Source: a virus (lineage: Duplodnaviria; Caudoviricetes). From it: a DNA stretch of 63,192 nucleotides. Below the pieces are notes generated by a model. That model was given only the letters and a program-made list of their open reading frames with translations. It was not told where the DNA came from and searched no databases. A program made the translations under genes and the position numbers. Position 1 is the stretch's first letter. Each line of letters starts with the position of its first letter. The DNA lies in the IMG/VR virus record IMGVR_UViG_3300031566_000027, positions 1 to 63,192 of that record; one strand, 5' to 3'. Below, in pieces: positions 1 to 8,070 of the stretch.

Positions 1-349
1 TCTTGCCCGCGCTTTTTCTTTTTATTCCCTACCAGGCGGACCATTACATATTGAAAGGCATCGTGAATATGGCTGAACCGGTTCTTATCCGGATCGTTGA
101 AATACTCCCCGGTGTTGGCGATCTCTTTATAATGATATCCGCCCAAAAACCCGTTTAGCAGGCGAATACAACTCGGATCTATCAGGCATCCATCGATCCT
201 GGCCAGGATTCCATCGACCGCCTGGGTGCGTGCGGTGAAGTTCTGCTCTGAGCTCTCGACCGTTACGCCCTCCTCCTCCATTAAAAGCGCGTTGGAAGTG
301 AATCCGCCCTCTTTTTTACTGAATTTAGCCGCGCCGGCCGGATCCCCGT
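1..349. repeat. Imperfect terminal direct repeat, copy 1
   Basis: Aligns without gaps to 62844-63192. Identical over 1-56 and 250-349; about 27 substitutions over 57-249. Confidence 0.95.
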
Positions 350-1457
350 AATCAATCCACTCGGCGCCGACATACAGCTTGTTACATTCACCGACAACCC
401 ACTTTGTAAAATCGATGATCCCCATTTTATCGTGGCAAAATTCTTTTAGAACATGGAATCGCATCGGGGAGGGATTGAAAACTACAATGCAGGCGGGCAC
501 ATTCCCGGAGTTATCCCAACCTCTATACAAGGTGCCCGGCCCGGTCCAGATCAGCGGCGCCTGGGCCTGATGGATCTCGCGCCTAAAATTATAATATACC
601 AATTTGCCCTTAACCAGGACACCTGGCTTGCCGTCCACATACATTTCGATCCAATCCGGAGTGTCTTTATAGTCCATCATTAGATCGTTGTAATATCCAG
701 GGCGCAGGTATTTTTCGTTTTCTCGAGGCGGTTGCCAAAAGCCCTCATGGTTTTGGAGCGGTTGCTGTTCAGGAATCGGGCCGGGCACAGGATTCTGCCA
801 GGCGAATTGATAATAGGTAGGCATTTCAGTATCAGGCGGGTTCGTTGTTTCGATCCCAAACCTGGGTAGAGGCATGGTTTCGTTGCCGTCCTCGGTGATC
901 CAGTTGGCCGGTATGGGCCCAAACCGTTCCTTGTACCATTCCACTGCCTTTTTCATTTTGGGGAAACGGCCGATCCTGTTTTTGAGCATCCTTTTGATAT
1001 TATCGGCCACTTCGATTGATTCATCGATCCAGTAACCGGTGATCTCTAAGGATTTAAACTTTTTAACATCGTCTGGACGATCGCAGGATCTAAATAAGAG
1101 GGTGACGGTAGGGCCATCGGGGTGCTTAATCGTGTATTTCTGCTCCTGCTTTAGGAATTGCCCCCATGGAAACCACTCGAATATCGTGGCCTGGGTAGTA
1201 TCGCGGAGCTCGGAGTAGGTGTTGCGGACAACTACGAATTTACATTCTTTAATGTAAAATTCGTTGTAAAGGTGCCAGGGGATAAGGTGGCAGATCTCCC
1301 ACGCGGCGCCGGTGGTCTTGCCGGATCCGACAGGGCCGACTATTGCGCGAATTTGAGCGGGTGACTTATGAAATTGGCGGATCGTGGAAATCGCGTCATA
1401 AGTTACTCGTTCCTCGCCGGCCTCGGGCGCGTGCATTGGGATGGTTGATAACGGCAA
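1..1457 (-). CDS. terL: Terminase large subunit (runs off the window edge; C-terminus at 62804-63192)
   Basis: Absent from the ORF track because there is no stop before base 1. Hand translation from TTG 1457 or ATG 1436 gives Walker A GPVGSGKT, VVVRNTY, Walker B YWIDE, TTNPP and nuclease motifs RGWDNSG, YGDPAG, HIHDAFQY. Confidence 0.95.
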   Translation of the reverse strand, partial: MPLSTIPMHAPEAGEERVTYDAISTIRQFHKSPAQIRAIVGPVGSGKTTGAAWEICHLIPWHLYNEFYIKECKFVVVRNTYSELRDTTQATIFEWFPWGQFLKQEQKYTIKHPDGPTVTLLFRSCDRPDDVKKFKSLEITGYWIDESIEVADNIKRMLKNRIGRFPKMKKAVEWYKERFGPIPANWITEDGNETMPLPRFGIETTNPPDTEMPTYYQFAWQNPVPGPIPEQQPLQNHEGFWQPPRENEKYLRPGYYNDLMMDYKDTPDWIEMYVDGKPGVLVKGKLVYYNFRREIHQAQAPLIWTGPGTLYRGWDNSGNVPACIVVFNPSPMRFHVLKEFCHDKMGIIDFTKWVVGECNKLYVGAEWIDYGDPAGAAKFSKKEGGFTSNALLMEEEGVTVESSEQNFTARTQAVDGILARIDGCLIDPSCIRLLNGFLGGYHYKEIANTGEYFNDPDKNRFSHIHDAFQYVMVRLVGNKKKKRGQ

Positions 1458-1478
1458 ATTTCAATCTTCCGCATCGGA

Positions 1479-1805
1479 TTATCCTCTCCCTTGCTGCCGG
1501 AATCCTTTCCGGGGTCTAATCATTTTTTGCATTGGAATCCACTGGACGCCTCGACCTTTATACATGACGGCGCCGGATCCTTTATTAAAGGCCTCGAGAA
1601 TAGCGGCCTGTACTTCGGTGGGCTCAAAGATGGTTACGCCATCATATCGACCAATGGCGCCGGTAAAGAGGGGATTACCTGCCGGCGCCGGTGCTACATT
1701 CCGACCGGCTGCCGACAGTAAACCCGGCGCCAAACCCATCGCCAGTACTCCTGTACCGATCGATTTTAGGAATTGACGCCTATTAATTCTGGCCACATTT
1801 TCCAT
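1479..1805 (-). CDS. Small protein with twin-arginine (Tat) signal peptide and a capsid-like motif
   Basis: NRRQFLK followed by hydrophobic GTGVLAMGLAPGLLSA; AAGGA RBS; lies between terS and terL. Confidence 0.7.
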   Translation of the reverse strand: MENVARINRRQFLKSIGTGVLAMGLAPGLLSAAGRNVAPAPAGNPLFTGAIGRYDGVTIFEPTEVQAAILEAFNKGSGAVMYKGRGVQWIPMQKMIRPRKGFRQQGRG

Positions 1806-1913
1806 AATATCCTTGCAAATGGCCTATTTTAGGGGTTTCGCGTGAAAATTGGCCTCCTTAGATCGCCATATTCGGCCGATCGCGGAGTGCCGCTTGTGTT
1901 AGCTTGCGTGTTT

Positions 1914-2570
1914 TTAGCCTGTTTCCGCCGGAATCTGGTCCTTGCTCATCCCGGCATATCTCGGCTTATCCAGATCGCCAATGATATAATAATTGATTGA
2001 TTCGGCTGCCGCGCCATCGCCATCAATCTTAAAAGCCTGCCGTTGAAGCGGTACAATTTTAGATAGTACCTCTGATACCGTTTTCAAGGTGGTGTTGCGT
2101 TCTTTAATCGCCAGGCTTGCGGCCACCACCAGATTTTTCTTTACGCGGTCAGCTGTCATTAGTTTTGCCATGATACCCTGGGCATTTTCAAGATCATCCA
2201 GGGTTACATCAACCTGTTTAAGGATTTTGGTAAATAAAACCTTGTGGGCCCCAATAACTCCGGCGCCTTTCTCACCGTATCGCTCAATCGCCTCGGAATA
2301 GTTCTCAGCTGTAATAGCCTCCTGTAACTCCGCCTCAATGGTCTTTTTATTTATCGAGTCGCGTACATCATCGGACAGCTGCCGGTGCCATCCCAGGCGT
2401 TCGGCCTTTTTCATTATGGCTTGACGGCTCGGGCCATAAGTGCGCGATATTGCTGCAATACTAAGTTGGCCGACCAGATATTCCTCTTTTACGGATTCCC
2501 ATATCTCGTCCGGATATCCGTTGCCGTTCCCGTTGCCGTTCCCGTTGCCGTTTGTGTGCCCGTTCGCCAT
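1914..2570 (-). CDS. terS: Terminase small subunit
   Basis: N-terminal HTH (WESVKEEY..GQLSIAAISRTYGPSRQAIMKKAERLGW) then helical region; upstream of terL; (NG)n N-terminal tail. Confidence 0.8.
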   Translation of the reverse strand: MANGHTNGNGNGNGNGNGYPDEIWESVKEEYLVGQLSIAAISRTYGPSRQAIMKKAERLGWHRQLSDDVRDSINKKTIEAELQEAITAENYSEAIERYGEKGAGVIGAHKVLFTKILKQVDVTLDDLENAQGIMAKLMTADRVKKNLVVAASLAIKERNTTLKTVSEVLSKIVPLQRQAFKIDGDGAAAESINYYIIGDLDKPRYAGMSKDQIPAETG

Positions 2571-2949
2571 TTCTATTATACCTTACCAGGTTGCGGATAA
2601 GTTGCACCTGTAACCGGTATTCTGTTTGCTTGTCTAATGATAATTCATTAAAAGATACCATGTAAGGTTTTAATCTGGCAACATTTTTTTCATCGAGGGC
2701 ATTATCCGCGATCATTTGTTGGGTAGTTACAACCCATTTTTCATGTAACTCCCGGGGCCTTATGCCCGGATCCTCAATAATTGCAAGCGTTAAGTCCTCA
2801 AAACTTTCCTTATCGACCGGATTTACCTTGTCGATATCCGGTTCGCGTGTAACCCCACTGACAACCCCGGCAAAAAGCGCGATCATTCCGTGAACGATTC
2901 TGCCAATTTGATCATCGGATAGCTCTAAAAACGTACTTTCTTGATCCAT
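2461..2949 (-). CDS. RyR-repeat-like hypothetical protein
   Basis: ELHEKWV...PYMVSFNELSLDKQ resembles the RyR domain pattern; AAGGGG RBS before ATG 2949; overlaps terS by 110 nt. Confidence 0.5.
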   Translation of the reverse strand: MDQESTFLELSDDQIGRIVHGMIALFAGVVSGVTREPDIDKVNPVDKESFEDLTLAIIEDPGIRPRELHEKWVVTTQQMIADNALDEKNVARLKPYMVSFNELSLDKQTEYRLQVQLIRNLVRYNRNGERAHKRQRERQRERQRISGRDMGIRKRGISGRPT

Positions 2950-3053
2950 GATATCCCCTTTTTTTGATCCCCGGGGCCACATTCAACCCCGGGGATCCGC
3001 GCTTACGCGCCCACCTTTATGGCCAGGTCCGCCCTCGGGCGCCCGCCTCGGTG

Positions 3054-3233
3054 TTATTCGGTTTGACCTCCGTAAATTTTATCAAACTCCGCTCGGACGG
3101 TTTTGGTTCTCAATTCCTGATCGGCCGCCATGGCATCTATTTCCTCCGGCGTCTTGCCGGCCGTGGCCTTTTCATACAACCGGACGCCCGCCTCTAAAAA
3201 CGACATTAGGATAATAAGCTGACTTGCGTTCAT
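3054..3233 (-). CDS. 59-aa hypothetical protein (below ORF-track cutoff)
   Basis: AGGAGG RBS; MNASQLIILMSFLEAGVRLYEKATAGKTPEEIDAMAADQELRTKTVRAEFDKIYGGQTE. Confidence 0.7.
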   Translation of the reverse strand: MNASQLIILMSFLEAGVRLYEKATAGKTPEEIDAMAADQELRTKTVRAEFDKIYGGQTE

Positions 3234-3261
3234 GGTTTTTAACCTCCTGGTTTAATTGTGG

Positions 3262-3648
3262 TTATTCATTAAGATACTTGGCGATAATACCGACCATCTG
3301 CCCGCGGAGTCTTAGCCAGGCGGAATTATATTCGGCCGGATCTTTCGTTGGATCCATCAGGGCTATTTTCCATCCATCGAGGGTAGTTTCGATCGCATCC
3401 ATCACCGGAGTCAAGTCCTTGTGCATATTCGCTTTCTGCTCTTGCGTCAAAACCGGTGCGTAGGCCGTAAGGGCCTCAACCTGGTCATTATAAAACTTGC
3501 GGGCCGTGACATATTGCCCCTTTGGCGTTTCGGGGATCGGATTGCCCTGGAATTGTGCGCATCCTCCGCCGGCCAGTGCGAGGGCCAGGAATAGACAAAC
3601 GACATAAACCATGCAATCTGCGATTTCAATACGGATCTGTTTTCCCAT
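3262..3648 (-). CDS. Putative lipoprotein (spanin-like position in lysis cluster)
   Basis: AAAGGAG RBS; hydrophobic stretch ending LALAGGG-C (atypical lipobox); follows the holin-like gene. Confidence 0.5.
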   Translation of the reverse strand: MGKQIRIEIADCMVYVVCLFLALALAGGGCAQFQGNPIPETPKGQYVTARKFYNDQVEALTAYAPVLTQEQKANMHKDLTPVMDAIETTLDGWKIALMDPTKDPAEYNSAWLRLRGQMVGIIAKYLNE

Positions 3649-3667
3649 TTTAAGAATCTCCTTTCCT

Positions 3668-4102
3668 TTATTGGGCCGGAATCCTGGGCTCTTGCATCCC
3701 GGCATCGGTTTTCATCCGTTTGGTGCTGATTAGGGCCACTTCGATCTGACCCGATACAAAATCATCAAGGTTGTCGATCCCTGCTTGCAGGATCTTTTTG
3801 GTGCCCGGGGGAATCTGCCGGCTGATCCGCTCAATCGCCATCGATTTCAGCTGTACGGCCTCCGCGTGGGATACGACACCATCGGCCGCCGCCTCCTTAA
3901 CCGTTTCATTGATCTGAGTAACCGTGTTTTGGATCACCTGCCCCAAAACCGCGAGCGAATCATCAAGGGCCTGGGAGTCTGTCTTTTTCTTTACCCAATT
4001 CCGGAGCTCATAAAGCAACCAGGTTAAAATGATAGATACGGCCGACAATCCCGCCGGCAAAACGATAGCCATTAATTGATCAACCATGCTTTTATCGTCC
4101 AT
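3668..4102 (-). CDS. Putative holin (LL-H-like, single TM)
   Basis: N-terminal TM, basic KKK, then amphipathic helices ending FVSGQIEVAL. Confidence 0.55.
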   Translation of the reverse strand: MDDKSMVDQLMAIVLPAGLSAVSIILTWLLYELRNWVKKKTDSQALDDSLAVLGQVIQNTVTQINETVKEAAADGVVSHAEAVQLKSMAIERISRQIPPGTKKILQAGIDNLDDFVSGQIEVALISTKRMKTDAGMQEPRIPAQ

Positions 4103-4622
4103 TAATCCGCCTCGCTGACTTATGGTTTCCGTTAGCTTTTAACAAAGTCAATACCCGCTCATCTAAGCGAGATAACAAATCCGATTGCCTATCCAATTTC
4201 GTTGAAATGCTTACAACGTGCCTTTGCATCGAATCCTTGTAAACGTCAAAATCATGCAGGGGCACCATTTCTTTTCGAGCGGTTTCACGCCTCTTATCCA
4301 TATCCCTTAAATCAACCTTTATTTCATCTATCCGCCCGCACACGATCCGTTGGCAGGTGATTTTATGATCCTGGAATTGACTCTCCAACCGCTCAAATTC
4401 CGTTTTAAATTGGCTTGTTGTCATGGAGTTGCCCTCCAATGTTTGCATCTTGACCGAAAGGTGGCCTATGCCATCTCTCAGGTTCGGGATCGCAAACCGG
4501 ATTGTGCCCCATACCGCCGCCGCCGCCGCCAGAAACATCGCCGCCAAACCTATCAGGATATGAATGTCTTTTAAAAGCACAAGATTAGCTCCGAAAAGAT
4601 AATTGGGGCCTCTTAAATGCAA
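4092..4622 (-). CDS. Membrane-anchored coiled-coil protein (lysis cluster); start uncertain
   Basis: TM ILIGLAAMFLAAAAAVWGTI plus coiled coil; stop overlaps the holin start. Confidence 0.55.
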   Translation of the reverse strand: MHLRGPNYLFGANLVLLKDIHILIGLAAMFLAAAAAVWGTIRFAIPNLRDGIGHLSVKMQTLEGNSMTTSQFKTEFERLESQFQDHKITCQRIVCGRIDEIKVDLRDMDKRRETARKEMVPLHDFDVYKDSMQRHVVSISTKLDRQSDLLSRLDERVLTLLKANGNHKSARRINGR

Positions 4623-4653
4623 AAACCCCGGAGGCGGTCACTCCCCGGGGTTT
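4621..4653 (-). terminator. Intrinsic terminator
   Basis: Minus strand AAACCCCGG...CCGGGGTTTTT: GC stem followed by a U tract, downstream of the 4751 gene. Confidence 0.65.
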
Positions 4654-4750
4654 CGGCAAAAGAAGAAGATTGAATTGATGGATCCATGAGATCACCAGAA
4701 AACGTGCTAAATTGACTCAGGATGATGAATTTTGCATAGGATAAGACTAT

Positions 4751-5071
4751 TTACTCGGGTTTGTCAACCTCTTTTGGATCCTCGGCCGTTTTGTGACCAT
4801 CAAACGGCCTTTTCAGGTTTTTCACAACATCATAAATCGTCTTGCAAAATTTCAAGGCCTCGAGCGGGTCCAAACTTAACACCTGGACCTGCCGACCAAA
4901 ATTAACAATCACCTGGCCGTTTTGCTCTGCAACCCCAATTTGCAACTTGCTCGGACCGATCGGCGTCTGGATCCCCTGGGCCGCGGCCGCCCTTTTTAGA
5001 ATTTCCAGGATATTGCCGGCCGTCACTACCTCTTTCATGGGATCTAACTTGATTTCTTTTTCATCTGGCAT
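4751..5071 (-). CDS. Hypothetical protein
   Basis: 106 aa; TAATG coupling with the upstream gene. Confidence 0.7.
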   Translation of the reverse strand: MPDEKEIKLDPMKEVVTAGNILEILKRAAAAQGIQTPIGPSKLQIGVAEQNGQVIVNFGRQVQVLSLDPLEALKFCKTIYDVVKNLKRPFDGHKTAEDPKEVDKPE

Positions 5072-5286
5072 TAAAATAACCCCCTTTCATCCTCGGTGAT
5101 TTCTCGATAGGCGTTTTCAAAAACCTCTTTGGGGCTCCACGATCGATAGCCGTCTGGATAAAGCACCTGATACCCCTCGCGGTTATCATGCAGTGTCGGA
5201 GATCCCTTGCTCTCCCGAAAATCGTTCTCACTGCAAGGAAACGCTCTAATCAATTTAGTGCCGATATACAATTTTGACTCGGGCAT
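5071..5286 (-). CDS. Conserved phage domain YIGTK...GY.V.YPDGY.SWSPK.VFE.AY (recalled as often fused to DUF2829/Tad2)
   Basis: Motif recognition; AAGGAGG RBS. Confidence 0.65.
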   Translation of the reverse strand: MPESKLYIGTKLIRAFPCSENDFRESKGSPTLHDNREGYQVLYPDGYRSWSPKEVFENAYREITEDERGLF

Positions 5287-5298
5287 GGTCTACCTCCT

Positions 5299-5571
5299 TT
5301 ATGTTTTGAATCCCAGGCTCTTGCTTATCCTGGTATGCTCGGCCGGGCCCACGGCCTCCCGTTGCGCGTGCATCACTTTTTTGTAATAATCTCCGGCCTC
5401 TCCCTGAAAAGCAGGATCGCCGGGTTTGGAAAAGCGCCATCTATTCATTAATGCGTAATAGCTTGCATTGTCAATCCAATCCTTTAGGTCTTTATCTATC
5501 ATGCGCACCGCCTTAACGCCCGGCGATCCGTGACAACCCGTTCGCCGGTATCTAAAAATTCGATTAGCCAT
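5299..5571 (-). CDS. Hypothetical protein (true start may be ATG 5502)
   Basis: WIDNASYYALMNRWRF..PGDPAFQGE.G.YY...SKSLG pattern of a small conserved phage protein. Confidence 0.6.
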   Translation of the reverse strand: MANRIFRYRRTGCHGSPGVKAVRMIDKDLKDWIDNASYYALMNRWRFSKPGDPAFQGEAGDYYKKVMHAQREAVGPAEHTRISKSLGFKT

Positions 5572-5659
5572 GAATTAAGCCGGCCATGAGCGAGGCGAAA
5601 GCATAGCCGGCCTTTCAACCTGGCTCTTACCGGGTTATTGCCCCAATAATAGACATAGA

Positions 5660-6547
5660 TCAATTATACCTCTTTCCGCCGGCTTTGAGCACATAGTCCT
5701 TAATCACCGCGCCTAATCTCTTATTACCTCGAATGTGAGCAGGACAATAAACAGTGCCGACAAAATGGCCAAACGCCGGCCGCTCTGCTGAGTAATGCTT
5801 TTTATGGGCCCGGCAAAAATGCAACCGGTTTTTCCACATATCCTTTGGCTCGCCATCGGGATAGCGAGGCTTTTTCGGATCAATTACCAGTGTTTTGTAG
5901 GTGAATAGGGGGATCTTGTTTTTCTTTTTCCTGGCCGCCTGCAATCGTTTTTTCGGCCATATCGTTTTGACCGCCACGCCCTCGGCATTGAGCAAGCGCA
6001 AAGCGCAAATGATAACCCAAAACTTAGCAGTGTAAACCTTGTCAAAATAATCGGTAACTTCAAACGGCGGATCAAAATCAATGCCGCCGGATTCGCCCGG
6101 GTTCCAAACTAACATTATCTTAGTATTGCCTTTGCCTGGTTCTATATCCCCATCCATCTTAACGTAACAAAACAAAGGTTCCACCAACCACTTGCCGGCC
6201 GTCAAGCTGCCGGATTTATAAAAGGCGTGAAACTCAAACTCACTTGGCGCCTCCTCGAAAGTTTGTGCTAAAATGGCGTATTGTATCAACTCGCCGTTTC
6301 GCCGGGATACCTGATTATATTCAAATAGGCATAAATCATAAGGCCAAATTAAATCCTCTCGCATCGTTGAATCTTGAAACGCTCTAAGGGGTTCCGGAAA
6401 TAGCTCGCTCAATTTCTCCATATCGCCATAATGAAATTTGTGGCTTGATTTAATTAGCTTACAGAGCTCCGGAATGTGCTTTAGATTCTCACCTATATAT
6501 TTAGGCGCCAACTCTTTTAAATCCTCTATGATATGATGAGCTTGCAT
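5660..6547 (-). CDS. Conserved hypothetical phage protein with His/Arg-rich C-terminal motif
   Basis: AGGAGG RBS; C-terminal HFCRAH...CPAHIRG...GAVIKDY. Confidence 0.7.
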   Translation of the reverse strand: MQAHHIIEDLKELAPKYIGENLKHIPELCKLIKSSHKFHYGDMEKLSELFPEPLRAFQDSTMREDLIWPYDLCLFEYNQVSRRNGELIQYAILAQTFEEAPSEFEFHAFYKSGSLTAGKWLVEPLFCYVKMDGDIEPGKGNTKIMLVWNPGESGGIDFDPPFEVTDYFDKVYTAKFWVIICALRLLNAEGVAVKTIWPKKRLQAARKKKNKIPLFTYKTLVIDPKKPRYPDGEPKDMWKNRLHFCRAHKKHYSAERPAFGHFVGTVYCPAHIRGNKRLGAVIKDYVLKAGGKRYN

Positions 6548-6555
6548 GGATCCTC

Positions 6556-6744
6556 CTATGAAAGGTTTGATACCTTTCCGCACCGATCGCAGTACATTTT
6601 TGAATACTTTATAAAGCCGGCCAGGGGATCCCGTTTGGCGAGCTCGGCAATCTCTTTTGACGGCGCGATACCCTTTATAGCATCACCGGTCCACACATGA
6701 TCACCGATCAGGCAAAGGAACTTGCCCCACAAACTTTTAAGCAT
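6556..6744 (-). CDS. Small Cys/His (Zn-binding) protein, DUF1660-like
   Basis: LCLIGDHVW...CDRCGK. Confidence 0.6.
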   Translation of the reverse strand: MLKSLWGKFLCLIGDHVWTGDAIKGIAPSKEIAELAKRDPLAGFIKYSKMYCDRCGKVSNLS

Positions 6745-6778
6745 AAAACCCCCTTTCAACTCTATCCATCCGAAAATT

Positions 6779-6907
6779 TTAAAATAAATGCCTTGCGGCA
6801 AAAAATCCTAAAATAAATCCGAGGCATAAACCGTATACCGTAAATATGATAAGGCCCAGCAACGGTGAATCGTTTTCAATAATTACTTCTTTTTTTTCAT
6901 TATCCAT
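6779..6907 (-). CDS. Small membrane protein
   Basis: C-terminal TM LLGLIIFTVYGLCLGFILGFF. Confidence 0.55.
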   Translation of the reverse strand: MDNEKKEVIIENDSPLLGLIIFTVYGLCLGFILGFFAARHLF

Positions 6908-6923
6908 TTTAACCTTTTCTTTT

Positions 6924-7202
6924 TCATAACCGACCATTTTCCTCAAAATCAAATAGGATCTGATCCGGATCATAGGTCATGGTTTCGGAATCCTTAACGC
7001 GGATCTTAACAAAGTTGATCTCGGTTTTTACTCCGATCTTGCCCTTATCGGTCCGGGCAATCTGGCATCCGAAACCGACCTTGACATTATGGCCGCCATC
7101 GATAAAGGCCACCTGGATATCATCCGCGTACTGCTCGAAAAACTTATCGATCGTCCGCATGGCCGCCTGCTTAACTGTCTGTAATTTTAATTTATCGCTC
7201 AT
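6924..7202 (-). CDS. Hypothetical protein
   Basis: AAGGGGA RBS; 92 aa. Confidence 0.7.
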   Translation of the reverse strand: MSDKLKLQTVKQAAMRTIDKFFEQYADDIQVAFIDGGHNVKVGFGCQIARTDKGKIGVKTEINFVKIRVKDSETMTYDPDQILFDFEENGRL

Positions 7203-7328
7203 GGTTCCCCCTTATTACCGTTAGTTTTTGTGCATTAATAAAAACCTGGCCGGGCCGCAATCCTAATTGATATTCAATCGGCTACTGTTAAAAGGATTAT
7301 CAGCGCGTCACCCGGCCAGGCGGTTAAT

Positions 7329-7682
7329 CTATCCCGCACCCGCCGGCTCGGGCTCCTTTGCCTGTCCGGATATTCTTATAGGATGGCGCAACTCCACCGA
7401 TTCCACCGTTGTTAGTTCCTCACGTTGCGGACGGTTCTGGTGCACATACCCTGGATCAGGCACCGCAACCGGGCCACCGCCGGCGCGTAATGCGTTACAT
7501 TTACAATAGGCCTTTTCAACTGCCTCCGGATCCGCAAAATATTGTTTAAGGGCCTTTAGCATTTTGTTGGTGTTCTCATAGGATAATTGAGCGCATCCAA
7601 CACTCACAATGACCCCCCCGTTCACCGTTGGCTCGATAATGATACGATACGGAAACGCGAGCTCGAATTTTAAATCAGACAT
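7329..7682 (-). CDS. Hypothetical protein
   Basis: Start overlaps the tad1 stop; IIIEPTVNGGVIVSVGC. Confidence 0.65.
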   Translation of the reverse strand: MSDLKFELAFPYRIIIEPTVNGGVIVSVGCAQLSYENTNKMLKALKQYFADPEAVEKAYCKCNALRAGGGPVAVPDPGYVHQNRPQREELTTVESVELRHPIRISGQAKEPEPAGAG

Positions 7683-8070
7683 TATTTGTGCCCTCCACGC
7701 CCCGGGCCTCCCTGCCCGCCGTCCTGGTTTCGAGTGCCTCTAAGGCCGCTTTTAGATGGTAAAGGGCCGCCTCGTTCTCATCGCATTTGAATTTTGAACG
7801 CTGATAAAGTTGAATCCGGTCGATGGCCGCGAATATCACATTCTCGACAAAGGCGCCGTTTGGCACCCGCCGGGATCCATCCGGCAGGGCCAGGGGCCCA
7901 CACTGCCAGGAAATAGTAAAGCCTAAACCGGTGGCCACTCCGCCGGCCGGGTTATCCTCCGGATCCATCCAATGCTCGGAAAAAAATGTCATGGGCGCCA
8001 CGCCCATGGCTTTAAGGTCCGCCTCGGTGGTGGGCTCGATCGCTCCGCCCGTTTCGTTTTCGTTGATCAT
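7675..8070 (-). CDS. tad1: Thoeris anti-defence 1 (Tad1)-like nucleotide sponge
   Basis: ISWQCGP...NGAFVENVI..AIDRIQLYQ.SKFKCDENEAALYHLKAAL..L..RT..REARGVEGT matches the Tad1 pattern I.FQ.G...GV....L....DRL..FQ...F..RENA.AL...EEAL.....R...R..R.V.GT. Confidence 0.8.
   Translation of the reverse strand: MINENETGGAIEPTTEADLKAMGVAPMTFFSEHWMDPEDNPAGGVATGLGFTISWQCGPLALPDGSRRVPNGAFVENVIFAAIDRIQLYQRSKFKCDENEAALYHLKAALEALETRTAGREARGVEGTNNV

Noticed and set aside
1-349. Diversity-generating retroelement TR/VR pair formed by the terminal repeats
   Set aside because: Mismatches are not adenine-specific and are mostly synonymous, and no reverse transcriptase is present.
379-1364. Short ORFs listed in the track at the window start
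   Set aside because: All overlap the terL frame, which the track missed because it runs off the edge.
7245-7320. tRNA (including an amber suppressor)
   Set aside because: No TTCRA T-loop, D-loop, anticodon arm geometry or CCA on either strand.
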